A DNA stretch of 64,000 bases from an uncultured virus (IMG/VR IMGVR_UViG_3300034101_005937) (IMGVR_UViG_3300034101_005937:1-64000); one strand, 5' to 3'; shown: positions 47,969-58,034, numbered from the stretch's first letter. The notes: a model not told the origin generated them from the sequence alone. Translations and numbers: made by a program.

Positions 47969-48271
47969 ATGGCAGATTTGAAGAAGGTTACTGGCTGTAA
48001 GCCTTGTGGCTCACAGGTTTTGATTGAACTCTTGACAACCCAAGAACTAGCAAACACAAAGTTGTTCTTGACTAACAAGAAGCAAAAAGATGATTTTCAG
48101 GCAATTGTTTTGGCAGTAGGTCCATCTATCAAGACCGAAAATTATGGCTTTAATGTCGGTGATAGAGTTGTTATCTCAGGCGGCGCAGTTCCTGTTCCAG
48201 ATTATGGACCAGAATCTGAACGTGAACGAGTTTTGGTTGAACCATCAACCATCAAAGCTGTACTGGTTTGA
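47969..48271 (+). CDS. groES: GroES/gp31-like co-chaperonin
   Basis: KPCGSQVLIE, AIVLAVGP, NVGDRVV, IKAVL. Confidence 0.75.
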   Translation: MADLKKVTGCKPCGSQVLIELLTTQELANTKLFLTNKKQKDDFQAIVLAVGPSIKTENYGFNVGDRVVISGGAVPVPDYGPESERERVLVEPSTIKAVLV

Positions 48272-48737
48272 AAGAAACATTTTTAATTTTATAGGCGTTT
48301 CTTAAATATTGAGGACCACAGTATGACGCTTCTATACGAGTTATATTTGATGAATCAGAGCTAATGTCCTTTCCGTGTCTTTGGAAAGCGACTTTTAGCT
48401 TGGTCTTATTAGGGATGATAGGCAAATCCCCTTGAATTGATCTGTATTGACCGGGACTAAAGTAAAGTTTAGTCCCGTCTTCTAATTCAATTTCAATTAT
48501 TTTTTTCTTGTCATTCAAAACAGTTACCATTTTCTCTTTTACAACTTCTGGTATGCCAAATTCACCATCATTTATAGCTAAGTCTAAATCTGGTAAGTGG
48601 TTCGGTCTTCCAGAGTATCCAAATGTTGAAACAGCTTGTGATCCGGTGTCACTGCTTGTTTGTACAGCTCCGGGGAACGGTTTGTTAAAACCTGAAAATG
48701 GGTTTTTATTTTCTATAAATTTTTTGAATCCAATCAT
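48252..48737 (-). CDS. putative internal head protein
   Basis: Likely start MIGFKKFIEN. Confidence 0.55.
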   Translation of the reverse strand: MIGFKKFIENKNPFSGFNKPFPGAVQTSSDTGSQAVSTFGYSGRPNHLPDLDLAINDGEFGIPEVVKEKMVTVLNDKKKIIEIELEDGTKLYFSPGQYRSIQGDLPIIPNKTKLKVAFQRHGKDISSDSSNITRIEASYCGPQYLRNAYKIKNVSFKPVQL

Positions 48738-48772
48738 TATCTTAGTATGTATCATTTTGTAAAGGAATTTTT

Positions 48773-49183
48773 ATGAGTATTGAAAAGTCGAATTTTAATT
48801 TTGGTTCCAATGTTAAGAAATCATCAATGTCTGATAGGAATTATTTATTGAGAACTCAAGGTCGTTCTTCTAATTGGACACATGATTCAGTCAAAAGATT
48901 GATTGAAGCAAAAATTCAAGATGAACAAATTAAACAAAAAATGTTGCAAAAATTGAATAAGTGTCCTGATGGCGCACTTGAATCATTTGTTTTAAATATG
49001 GAAATTAATATTTCTAAAATTATTGAAGAATCATTGCCAAAACAAGAAAAAAAGAATTTGAAAAAGAAACTTGATACTATTACAATGGATGACATCATTG
49101 CGATGAGGAATACAATTTCCGAAGAAGCCAAACAGGAGCAAGGTAAAGATGACCTCCCCCCTACCGATCCAAATTTTGTGTGA
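48773..49183 (+). CDS. hypothetical protein
   Basis: SD AAGGA; 136 aa. Confidence 0.65.
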   Translation: MSIEKSNFNFGSNVKKSSMSDRNYLLRTQGRSSNWTHDSVKRLIEAKIQDEQIKQKMLQKLNKCPDGALESFVLNMEINISKIIEESLPKQEKKNLKKKLDTITMDDIIAMRNTISEEAKQEQGKDDLPPTDPNFV

Positions 49184-49592
49184 AGATTTGTTTTTTATTC
49201 CAGAGAAGTCAACTGCTGGGTCTTTGGGACTTGATCTAAAAGCAAAACTTGAAGAAGATGAAATAACAATATATCCACTTGATACTATCAAAGTAAAAGC
49301 TGGATTTTCATTAGCCATACCAAATGGCTATCATGCTAAAATTGTTTCAAGAAGTGGATTGTCAAGCAAAGGCATTGTTGTAAGCAACTCGCCGGGAATA
49401 ATTGATAGTGACTACAGAGGTGAGATTTGTGTTTTGTTAACAAATACTGGCAAGAATCCTTACAAGTTGGCAAATAAAACAAGAGTAGCACAAATGTTTT
49501 TTGATAAGAATCTTGATACAGAATTTGTTTTTGTTACTTCATTAGATCAGACTGAACGTGGTGCTGGCGGTTTCGGTTCAACTGGAGCATGA
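49149..49592 (+). CDS. dut: trimeric dUTPase
   Basis: GLDL, SRSGL, GIIDSDYRGE, RVAQ, RGAGGFGSTG. Confidence 0.96.
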   Translation: MTSPLPIQILCEDLFFIPEKSTAGSLGLDLKAKLEEDEITIYPLDTIKVKAGFSLAIPNGYHAKIVSRSGLSSKGIVVSNSPGIIDSDYRGEICVLLTNTGKNPYKLANKTRVAQMFFDKNLDTEFVFVTSLDQTERGAGGFGSTGA

Positions 49593-49804
49593 AATTGAAA
49601 GCTTATATTGTTGTTAATGTTGGGAATGAAATAGATGGCAGACTTACTGTCGTTAAAATAGAAAAATCATTTAGTTCAACCGAATCGGCACAGAAGTACA
49701 TGAACTCTGTGCCAAGAGTTTACAGTGAACCATTAAAAACAAAAGATCAAACAATTAACTGCGTTTTTGAACGAAATGTACATGAAGTTGAAATAGAGGA
49801 TTAA
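49589..49804 (+). CDS. hypothetical protein
   Basis: ATGA overlap. Confidence 0.6.
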   Translation: MKLKAYIVVNVGNEIDGRLTVVKIEKSFSSTESAQKYMNSVPRVYSEPLKTKDQTINCVFERNVHEVEIED

Positions 49805-49805
49805 T

Positions 49806-50525
49806 ATGCAACCTGATATTCAGAATAGAAACGAACTTAAGATTGATCTTGCTAAAGCAAATATACAAGATTCTGTGTCTATTGTAATCGTACACAAGGA
49901 CAAACCAGAATATCTTAATATTTGCTTGCAATCAATTGCTGTAAATTCAATCAACAATAATTATGAAATTATTGTTGTTGATAATGCTAGCGGACCAGAA
50001 ACTCAGACATTCCTTGATGATCTTGAAAAGGATGTCAAAGTTGTTCGTAATGACAAGAATCTTTATTTTAGCGCAGCAGCTAATCTTGGATTCAGACATG
50101 CTAATAAGAACAGCAAATATGTTATTTTCATGCATTACGATGTCGTCATTCTTAATCCAGCTTGGATTGATTTGATGATTAATGTCGCTGAAGCAAATAA
50201 GAGCGGATTTGTAGGACTTGAATCTGGTCAGTATATGATCGGCAATCAAAAAGTTGAATTTGTTCAAGAATGGTGTTTGCTCACAACAAGACAATGCATG
50301 GAGAAGATTAATCTTTTCCCAGAACAACTTCCTCTTGTTGGTAATGCCTTCATTGCAACACTCAGAGCACAACAGGAAGGCTTTAAACCACAAGTAATGA
50401 AGAATAACTTAGTTCATCATTACAAGGCATTCTCTGTTGATGTTAACACATATGAAAAGCTTTCTGAAGAAGCATTGGCACTTCTGCCAAAGATTGTGAG
50501 TCAGGCACAAGCTAGATCAGTTTAA
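49806..50525 (+). CDS. family 2 glycosyltransferase
   Basis: VSIVIV, YEIIVVDNAS, NLYFSAAANLG, FMHYDV. Confidence 0.85.
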   Translation: MQPDIQNRNELKIDLAKANIQDSVSIVIVHKDKPEYLNICLQSIAVNSINNNYEIIVVDNASGPETQTFLDDLEKDVKVVRNDKNLYFSAAANLGFRHANKNSKYVIFMHYDVVILNPAWIDLMINVAEANKSGFVGLESGQYMIGNQKVEFVQEWCLLTTRQCMEKINLFPEQLPLVGNAFIATLRAQQEGFKPQVMKNNLVHHYKAFSVDVNTYEKLSEEALALLPKIVSQAQARSV

Positions 50526-50537
50526 AGGAGAATAATT

Positions 50538-50993
50538 ATGAAAGTAAGTAGTTTTTTTAAGAATCTTGATACTGTTTCAGAAGATAATAAAGTAGCTTTT
50601 AAGACTCCTGATGGTAAATTTATACCATTTCATTTTCATGTCACAGAAGCTGCTACTATCAATAAAAAATTTAGAGATTGTGGCGGCGTAGAACGTAATG
50701 AAAATTATGCTTCTATTCAATTATGGGTGGCTAATGATTTTGATCATCGCATTAATGCTGGCAAGATCAGGAAGATCATTCTTAGTACATTAATAGAAAA
50801 TGAAATGGACATGGATTTAGTAGTTGAATACGAAACAGATACATTATCAACTTATAATATTGATTCTGTTGAAATCATCAAAAACACGCTTGTGTACAGT
50901 TTAATTAAAAAGAAGACCGAATGTCTTGCTCCAGACAAATGTGGCATTACAGCCCCAAAAAAGCCATGCTGTGGCGGAAATAAATGTGGTTAG
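50538..50993 (+). CDS. DUF6428-like Cys/His protein
   Basis: PFHFHVTE, DCGG, QLWVANDFDHR, ECLAPDKCG..CCGG..CG. Confidence 0.65.
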   Translation: MKVSSFFKNLDTVSEDNKVAFKTPDGKFIPFHFHVTEAATINKKFRDCGGVERNENYASIQLWVANDFDHRINAGKIRKIILSTLIENEMDMDLVVEYETDTLSTYNIDSVEIIKNTLVYSLIKKKTECLAPDKCGITAPKKPCCGGNKCG

Positions 50994-51427
50994 TCTAAAG
51001 TTTTGATAAAATCTGTCAATTCTGGAATGTTATAGGTTTCTATATGATGAGTTGAGTAGTTTGAAGCATAAACCATGCAAAAAACTTCTTCACAATTCAT
51101 TTTAGGTTTTTTATTATAAAACTTTTTGCAAAGTTTATTCCACTCTTGTTTTTGTTTTTCTGTAACAAGTTTTTCAAAAACAAGATGTGCGATTTCATGA
51201 AGTGTTGTAAATTCTCTACCATAATTCCAAGGTGCTGCTACCACTATGTCATATTTATTAATATTTCCTATGTGATTGGTATCATTATCTAGAGTGTTTT
51301 TGCAAGTAAGCTTTATTTTAAAGTTTGCTAATAACATGCGATGTTTTTTAGGCAACTTATCAATTGTTGCTTTTAAATTTTTTTGTTCTTCAGATTTTTG
51401 TTCTACGAACTGAATAAAACTTCTCAT
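50990..51427 (-). CDS. HEXXH zinc metallopeptidase-like putative internal head protein
   Basis: MRSFIQFVE; TTLHEIAH ... EEVFC. Confidence 0.65.
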   Translation of the reverse strand: MRSFIQFVEQKSEEQKNLKATIDKLPKKHRMLLANFKIKLTCKNTLDNDTNHIGNINKYDIVVAAPWNYGREFTTLHEIAHLVFEKLVTEKQKQEWNKLCKKFYNKKPKMNCEEVFCMVYASNYSTHHIETYNIPELTDFIKTLD

Positions 51428-51442
51428 GCCCTATATATGGGT

Positions 51443-52129
51443 ATGAAAAGAAGAAAAAAACCAACTCCTGAAGAAATTCAGAAACCAGTTCATGCTAGCG
51501 CCAAGAAAAAGGAGCTTTTTCATATTGAGTTCCTTAATTCTGTACAAAAAAAATGTTGGGAAACAATTCAAGACAATGATATTGTTTTCCTTTTGGGCAG
51601 TGCAGGTAGCGGTAAAACATTCATTTCTACCGCATATTCTGTTTATAGTTTCCTAAGAAAGGAAACACAAAAAATAACAATTACCAGACCTATTGTTGAA
51701 GCTGGTGAACGTCTTGGATTTTTGCCGGGATCGTTTGAAGATAAAGTCCATCCTTACATGCTTCCTATTTATGACACATTGGATGAATTGGTTGGCACAG
51801 AAGGACCACAGCGCATGGCTCTTAATAAATCTCTTGAAGTTGCGCCACTAGCTTATCTTCGTGGTCGTACTTTCAAGAATTCTGTTTGCATCCTTGATGA
51901 AGCACAAAACTGTACTTATACCCAATTAAAATTGTTTCTTACACGATTGGGACAGAACAGTAAATTGATCATCACAGGCGATCCTAAGCAATCAGACTTG
52001 CCCGGTAAAATTGCAGTTATGGAAATTGTGGAAAGACTCAGAGACGTTAAAGGAATTGGCGTAGTTGACTTGCCAGATTCATCAATTGTAAGGCATCCAT
52101 TGATATCTGCAATTGTCGAAAGAATTTAA
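51443..52129 (+). CDS. phoH: PhoH-like ATPase
   Basis: GSAGSGKT, RPIVEAGERLGFLPG, PLAYLRGRTF, LDEAQN, GDPKQSD, VRHP. Confidence 0.96.
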   Translation: MKRRKKPTPEEIQKPVHASAKKKELFHIEFLNSVQKKCWETIQDNDIVFLLGSAGSGKTFISTAYSVYSFLRKETQKITITRPIVEAGERLGFLPGSFEDKVHPYMLPIYDTLDELVGTEGPQRMALNKSLEVAPLAYLRGRTFKNSVCILDEAQNCTYTQLKLFLTRLGQNSKLIITGDPKQSDLPGKIAVMEIVERLRDVKGIGVVDLPDSSIVRHPLISAIVERI

Positions 52130-53411
52130 TATGGCTTTAGTAGATTTTGAAAAAGATCTGGTTGTTGCCTACGATCTAGGCACACAACCAACATATTGCT
52201 ATAGAATAGAATCTTATCCATACAGGAATGAAGCTGCTGATGCTCAAATAGTAGCTGGTACTGGTGGTCCAAACGAACAAACCATTATTCATACAATATG
52301 TGCTAAAAGCTTAAATGAAGTTTGCAAACAGTTAAAAAATATTGATTTAATGATGGATGTCGATACTGTTTCTATCTGGTCAAACACATTATCTGGACCA
52401 TATGGTGGAAGCAATCCAAGTAGAGAAAATTATGGTCGATATACTGAAATAACAGATTTTTGTCAGAATGCTGAATGTGTTGATTTTTGTGTTGCAATTA
52501 AAGGACATGTTAATTTTACTGCTATTTCATTTGGAGTTACTGATAACAACCAAATAACTGGAGACGGTGGAGGAGAATTAGTCGGTTCTGCTGTTTATTT
52601 TTCTAAGAAAAATCAATATATTTCGTCTGGTCTTGGGATGATTTCTTCAGGCACAGCACCTGCTTCTCAAATTGGTGGTATTGATGGAACAGCTTTTATA
52701 GGTAGTGGTGGCGCTTCTATGTCAGGGTCTGGAGGTGCCAGAGGTTCTGATCTAGGAACATATGTTCAAGATTTTGGCATGGATATTAGTTCTGTAGAAC
52801 TTAGCACGTTAGGAATTCCTTCTCAGATTCCTAATAATTTAGTTGGCTTTGGTGGTATTTCAAGATCAGATATTTGTGACTGCAAGAACGTACCTTATCA
52901 AATACAGCTTAGACATAATTTGACAAGATCTAGTGAATTGACAAGATTCACAAATAGAAACAATATAGTCATTCCAACAATTGTATCAATGACATATAAT
53001 GAAATAATTGGTTGCTATGCTGGAAACTTAAGATTTGATGGTATATCATCTTTTGTAAACAAAGATGAGAGTTGGTACATTTCTTTTAATCTGTACTGTA
53101 CAGGTGAATTGAATCAATTTGCAAATAGATATAATTGGATATTTTCTTCTGTCATTCGTAGATCTACTGTTGATTTTAATGATTCTGAAACAAGTATTAT
53201 AATATTTTTATCAAGTGATTACATATGTCCAAGTTTTAGTGCTAATAATTTTAATTTTAGAACAAATTTGAATGTTCAAACTCTTAATTTACAAGTTAAT
53301 AATACAATTTTTGTTAACTCTTCTAATATTAACGACAGGCTTAACTTGTTTTTGTCTAGTGCGTGGCTAGCGAATCCTGTGCTTAGTTTTTCTATTGGAA
53401 CTTTATTATGA
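52113..53411 (+). CDS. putative virion structural protein
   Basis: G/S/N/T-rich, beta-rich composition; probable start at 52131. Confidence 0.5.
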   Translation: MSKEFNMALVDFEKDLVVAYDLGTQPTYCYRIESYPYRNEAADAQIVAGTGGPNEQTIIHTICAKSLNEVCKQLKNIDLMMDVDTVSIWSNTLSGPYGGSNPSRENYGRYTEITDFCQNAECVDFCVAIKGHVNFTAISFGVTDNNQITGDGGGELVGSAVYFSKKNQYISSGLGMISSGTAPASQIGGIDGTAFIGSGGASMSGSGGARGSDLGTYVQDFGMDISSVELSTLGIPSQIPNNLVGFGGISRSDICDCKNVPYQIQLRHNLTRSSELTRFTNRNNIVIPTIVSMTYNEIIGCYAGNLRFDGISSFVNKDESWYISFNLYCTGELNQFANRYNWIFSSVIRRSTVDFNDSETSIIIFLSSDYICPSFSANNFNFRTNLNVQTLNLQVNNTIFVNSSNINDRLNLFLSSAWLANPVLSFSIGTLL

Positions 53412-53740
53412 TTTTTGAAGTCCTTTTGGGCATTAACATATTCTTTCTACTTATTTCAATTGGTCTTTCTTACTTTTATTATCGACAAAATTATCTTGTT
53501 TTAAAAGATAATGCTGATGCATTCAAATTGCTTGTAGAATTTTTACATAAAAATTTGGAAAAAAATTTCTCAGATCATGAGCAATTAGTAAAAGTCGTAA
53601 CAGACAATGATGAGAAAGTTGTTGTAGCTTTGACAGAAAATGATCAAAAAATAGTAAATCTTATTGTTGAAGAACAGAAAAACATTATGAACCTTGCATA
53701 TTTTTTAGGCTACAGACCTAAAAATTTAGAAGATCTTTAA
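53408..53740 (+). CDS. single-TM membrane protein
   Basis: N-terminal hydrophobic helix. Confidence 0.65.
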   Translation: MIFEVLLGINIFFLLISIGLSYFYYRQNYLVLKDNADAFKLLVEFLHKNLEKNFSDHEQLVKVVTDNDEKVVVALTENDQKIVNLIVEEQKNIMNLAYFLGYRPKNLEDL

Positions 53741-53781
53741 AATCCTTACTATTTTATTAATGATGGCACTGGAGTTCTTTT

Positions 53782-54747
53782 ATGAGAGTCAGTTACAAAA
53801 AATTTGATTCCGCAAGAAACTTCGGTGTTGAACTGGAAGTTGGAAATGAAATTTCAAGATCAGCCATATCAAGCGTTATAAAAAATACCACTAAAATGAA
53901 AGTTTCTATAGCAAATTACAGCCAATCTGTTAATAATAGTCATTGGGTTGTTAAAACTGATGCATCTTGTGGTAAAAAAGTCAGATCGAATGGCATGAAT
54001 GAAGGTGGATACGAGATAGCATCTTTTGTAGCATCTGGAATTGAAGATGCAGAAAAAATAGCTAGAGTTGCTGCATCTTTAAAAAGACGTAAAGTAAGAG
54101 CAAATGATAATTGTGGTTATCATATTCATGTTAATGTTTCTGATTTTCTTGAAGAACAAGTAGGCAATCTGGTTGGTTATTGGGTCATGATTGAAGATGT
54201 TTTGTTTAGTGCAGTACCGTTTCGCAGAACTGTTAATAAATATTGTAAAAAAGTAAAATTAAAGAAAATGTCATTTGATGGAATAATAGAATCTTTGAAT
54301 ACAGGGAAAAAATTGTGGGAGCATTTTAGACCAAAAGTTTTAAACTTAAGAAGTCCTACAGAAAAAAGATATTCACTTAATTTGTTGAATTACTTTGTTG
54401 CTTCTCGAACAAAGTTTAAAAGAAAAACAATAGAATTTAGGTTTCCTGAAGGAACACTTAGCAGAGAAACTGTTAAAAATTTCATTTTATTATTGGTTAA
54501 TTTTGTTGAAAATGTTAAAAATATGTCAACGCCTATAGTCAAGGACAAAAGGACAATAGAAGAAGCTTTAGTTTTCCTTGGACTTTCTGATGCTAAATCA
54601 TTCTGCTTATTAGACTTAAATCTCATGAAGGTTAAAGTTTGGTTACTAAAGAGAATAGTTCGTTACAGCAAAAGTGTTGCTCATAAAGATCAAGCTAAAG
54701 CTATTCTGGCAAGGATCAATAGGGGGATTGGTAATGCAAAAGGCTAA
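53782..54747 (+). CDS. putative amidoligase (COOH-NH2 ligase type 2)
   Basis: FGVELE, W.VKTDAS, EIAS, CGYHIHV, RYSLN, TIEFR. Confidence 0.85.
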   Translation: MRVSYKKFDSARNFGVELEVGNEISRSAISSVIKNTTKMKVSIANYSQSVNNSHWVVKTDASCGKKVRSNGMNEGGYEIASFVASGIEDAEKIARVAASLKRRKVRANDNCGYHIHVNVSDFLEEQVGNLVGYWVMIEDVLFSAVPFRRTVNKYCKKVKLKKMSFDGIIESLNTGKKLWEHFRPKVLNLRSPTEKRYSLNLLNYFVASRTKFKRKTIEFRFPEGTLSRETVKNFILLLVNFVENVKNMSTPIVKDKRTIEEALVFLGLSDAKSFCLLDLNLMKVKVWLLKRIVRYSKSVAHKDQAKAILARINRGIGNAKG

Positions 54748-54934
54748 AAGCAGAAGAGAAATGGCTCAAGCATTTTCTAAAAGGTATGAAAATATACCAT
54801 TGTCATTTATAATGAGAACTTTAGATAATATTGATTCATATGGAAAATGCTTTGATATATTTGAAGATTACGATAAGACATCTTCTAAAGTTTTTAATCA
54901 TGAAACTAAAAGTTGGTTAAGCAGAATTATTTGA
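54734..54934 (+). CDS. hypothetical protein
   Basis: SD AGGGGG before ATG 54734. Confidence 0.55.
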   Translation: MQKAKSRREMAQAFSKRYENIPLSFIMRTLDNIDSYGKCFDIFEDYDKTSSKVFNHETKSWLSRII

Positions 54935-55011
54935 AATGCATAATCATGCATAAATATATTGCAAAATGGAATATTAATAATTTCGGAAAAATCCTATTAA
55001 GAGGTGATAAA

Positions 55012-55314
55012 ATGACAGTAGAAACCGATACAACAGTAAATTCTCCAACAACTGTAGAAGACCGTTCTTACCATCGTATTTTTAGTCTTGTTGGATTTAT
55101 TTATGGATTGCTTAGAAGCGTTGGTATTTTCTTATTTGGCATATTTTTGGGATTAGGCATTGTTCTTAGAGATCCTCCTAAAGATAAGCAAAGTTTAGAA
55201 ATGATTTCTAAATTGCAACAGGAAAACGAATCATTAAAACTATCTTTGAAACAAGATGATTCTAAAAAACCAATATTTGGCGAAATAAAAAACAGCGTTG
55301 TCATAGGCAAGTAA
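55012..55314 (+). CDS. membrane protein
   Basis: SD GAGGTG; hydrophobic segment then coiled coil. Confidence 0.6.
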   Translation: MTVETDTTVNSPTTVEDRSYHRIFSLVGFIYGLLRSVGIFLFGIFLGLGIVLRDPPKDKQSLEMISKLQQENESLKLSLKQDDSKKPIFGEIKNSVVIGK

Positions 55315-55356
55315 AACTGTTTTTCCACGCTATATTAATTTAAGCGAGGATTAAAA

Positions 55357-55572
55357 ATGGCTGATAAAGATTATTTTAAAATGGTTCAAAACTTTGAACA
55401 AGCTAGTGCTATGATGGAACCATTTGCCAATTTTATTGGTGTTTATTTTAAGAATCTTATTGATAATGGTTTTGCCAGAGAAGAAGCTCTACAATTAGTA
55501 CAAAATTTTCAAATTTTGATTTTCAACAAAGCATTTGATAGTGTTGGGGATTCTCTTACAGAAGAAGAGTGA
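55357..55572 (+). CDS. hypothetical protein
   Basis: SD GAGG; GFAREEALQLV. Confidence 0.65.
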   Translation: MADKDYFKMVQNFEQASAMMEPFANFIGVYFKNLIDNGFAREEALQLVQNFQILIFNKAFDSVGDSLTEEE

Positions 55573-55841
55573 TACGGGAGCTAGTCATGAATTTCTTAAG
55601 CATTAACAATTCTAAGCACCAGAGAGGACAATCATTTTGCGATGAATGCCTTAATGGTTATCCAAGAAGATGTCGTTGTGGCGGTTATATTCATGCTGAA
55701 CACATAGGACAGAATCTTCCGTCTAAATATCTGTGTGATAAATGTGGAGATAAGTTCGTGAAGAACACACCTCCTCCTCAACATTATAAACCATTAGTGA
55801 AAAACAAGAAACCTAAATCAGGCGCAAAATATGGCAAGTAA
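55569..55841 (+). CDS. zinc-binding hypothetical protein
   Basis: CDEC, CRCGG..H, CDKCG. Confidence 0.6.
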   Translation: MIRELVMNFLSINNSKHQRGQSFCDECLNGYPRRCRCGGYIHAEHIGQNLPSKYLCDKCGDKFVKNTPPPQHYKPLVKNKKPKSGAKYGK

Positions 55842-56418
55842 ATCTTCGCTTTATACAGGTTATGGCGATAAAGGGGTTACTTATACAAAAAATAACCCCA
55901 AAACGCCAAAACAAGATAAACTGATCTGTCTGATTGGTGAAATAGATGATTTGAATAGCCATCTCGGATACTTAGTTTATTTGCTGGAAAAGAAAAGTTA
56001 TCAAGAAAGTTTCGTGAATTTTCAAATGAGAATTCAGTCTATTTTATTTCATATTGGTGCTTTTTTGGGTTACAGCACACCAATAAAAAAGGAAAATTTA
56101 GAAAAAGCAATTGCAACAATTGAATATCAAGTTGATGTTCAAGAACAAGAAAATGAAAAAATAAATAATTTTATTTTGCCTTATGGAACACAAGCTGCTT
56201 CTTTTGCTCACATTTGTCGCTCTAAAACAAGAGGTTTAGAGAGATTGTTTTGTGATTATCTGACAACACAAAAAACTGATCAAGAAATCAATACTTTGAT
56301 TCAAGTTTTTATTAATCGTCTCAGTGATTATTTTTTCAGTTTGGCTCGTACCATCAATCGCATCAATGGTAAAAAAGAATTTATCTGGAGAGCGGATTCA
56401 ATTGAATACGATTTTTAA
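55831..56418 (+). CDS. pduO: ATP:cob(I)alamin adenosyltransferase, PduO type
   Basis: LYTGYGDKGVT, GEIDDLNSHLG, FILP, HICR..TR..ER, INRLSDYFF.LAR. Confidence 0.92.
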   Translation: MASKSSLYTGYGDKGVTYTKNNPKTPKQDKLICLIGEIDDLNSHLGYLVYLLEKKSYQESFVNFQMRIQSILFHIGAFLGYSTPIKKENLEKAIATIEYQVDVQEQENEKINNFILPYGTQAASFAHICRSKTRGLERLFCDYLTTQKTDQEINTLIQVFINRLSDYFFSLARTINRINGKKEFIWRADSIEYDF

Positions 56419-56452
56419 AATCAAAAGAAAAAGCTGCTCCATAAATAAATCG

Positions 56453-57079
56453 ATGGACCAAAAATTGACAAAACCAGTTCTTGTCCTCAATAAGAGCTGG
56501 GTTGCTGTTGGGACAACTCCTCTTTACAAGGCGTTCAGCCTTGTATTCAATAACGATAATAACAAAAATAAAGCAGAAATTATTGATATTGATTGCTCCC
56601 CATATACTTGGGATCAATGGAGTGTTTTGAAACCACAGGAAAATGAAGAAACAATCAGTACTGTAAATTATTCTTTTAGAATACCACAGGTAATAAAACT
56701 TAACTCTTATGACAAGATCCCAAGGCAAAGAGTTATCTTTTGCCGTAGCAATCTTTATAAAAGAGATAATTATCAGTGTCAGTATTGTGCTATAAAACCG
56801 GGAACAGAAGAATTAACGATTGATCATGTGCTTCCTAGATGCCAAGGCGGTATGACAACTTGGGAAAATTGCGTCATATGTTGTCCAGAGTGTAACAAAA
56901 TTAAAGGTGGCAGATTGCCACATGAAGTTAAACATAAGAAGTTTCCTAGCGGTATGAAACTTCTTAAAGAACCTGTAATGCCAAAATATCGTGAAATAAA
57001 GATGCAAACCTTTTATCCTAGCTGGAAACAATGGCTTGACACAACTTATTGGAACATTGAGCTAGAAAATGACAACTGA
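56453..57079 (+). CDS. HNH endonuclease
   Basis: VLVLN, RDNYQCQYC, LTIDHVLPR..GG.TTWEN.VICC..CN..KG. Confidence 0.9.
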   Translation: MDQKLTKPVLVLNKSWVAVGTTPLYKAFSLVFNNDNNKNKAEIIDIDCSPYTWDQWSVLKPQENEETISTVNYSFRIPQVIKLNSYDKIPRQRVIFCRSNLYKRDNYQCQYCAIKPGTEELTIDHVLPRCQGGMTTWENCVICCPECNKIKGGRLPHEVKHKKFPSGMKLLKEPVMPKYREIKMQTFYPSWKQWLDTTYWNIELENDN

Positions 57080-57824
57080 AAAAAACATTTCAAGACCAAC
57101 AGTTATCATTTCTAATGAAAAATCTAAATTACTAGATCTCATAATACCTTTTCATGCATGTTATGAAAATGTAGCAAACTTAATTGAAAATATATTCAGA
57201 TATTCTCCCAGCATCGTTAATAAGGTAATTCTTGTTGATGATGACTCACCTAATAAAGATTTTGTAAAAATTTATGAAAATAATAAAAGAATCAAAATTG
57301 TTAAAAATGAAAAAAATATTGGATTCGGCGCAAGTGTTAACAAAGGTGTTTCAGCATCTGAAAGAGCAACTGTGGCTGTGCTTCATAGTGATGTTTTGTT
57401 TGAAGATAGAAATTCTTTAACAAATTTGTATAACGACTTTATTCTTCTTAGAAATCAGTCAGTAGCTTTTATTTCTGCTGTTAGCAATAATCCTCAAATA
57501 AATGAAAATATACTTAAGAAAAATAAAGTTACTGATGATCCACCAGAAATTGTTTCAAATAATTTTCTTCCAATGTATTGTTGTATTTTTGATTTATCTG
57601 CATGGAGAAATGTTAATGGTATTCCAGAATTTCCTTTTGCATGGTTTGAAGATGAAGGATTTTGCTATAAATTAAATAAGATCGGATATAAGATTGCATA
57701 CTCAAATAGAAGCTATGTTAAACACATCGGATCTCAGACAATAAAATATTTAGTTAATAAAAATAGGAAAAATTTAGATGTAATGAAGTCAAATATAAAT
57801 TTATTAAATAAAATTAAAAAGTAG
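57069..57824 (+). CDS. family 2 glycosyltransferase
   Basis: ILVDDDS, NIGFGASVNKG, LHSDV, FEDE, H.GS. Confidence 0.85.
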   Translation: MTTEKNISRPTVIISNEKSKLLDLIIPFHACYENVANLIENIFRYSPSIVNKVILVDDDSPNKDFVKIYENNKRIKIVKNEKNIGFGASVNKGVSASERATVAVLHSDVLFEDRNSLTNLYNDFILLRNQSVAFISAVSNNPQINENILKKNKVTDDPPEIVSNNFLPMYCCIFDLSAWRNVNGIPEFPFAWFEDEGFCYKLNKIGYKIAYSNRSYVKHIGSQTIKYLVNKNRKNLDVMKSNINLLNKIKK

Positions 57825-57851
57825 ATCCTAAATATATTAAAAGGAGGATCT

Positions 57852-58034
57852 ATGGACAATTCCGTATTTACAAATTCGATTAGCTGTATTAATAGCTTAG
57901 GGGCAACAGTTACTGTAACTATCAGAGCTTTCCCACCAAGCTGCCCAAAAATTAATTATAATAATCAGTGCAGCACAACCAACAGTGCATGGTTGCCAGC
58001 TATTACTGTCTGTCGCCAATCTCTTTTTGCTTGA
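57852..58034 (+). CDS. small Cys-containing late protein
   Basis: TAAATA and SD AAGGAGG upstream. Confidence 0.5.
   Translation: MDNSVFTNSISCINSLGATVTVTIRAFPPSCPKINYNNQCSTTNSAWLPAITVCRQSLFA

Noticed and set aside
56453..57079. Intron-encoded homing endonuclease
   Set aside because: Free-standing ORF between intact genes; no interrupted host gene or group I intron features seen
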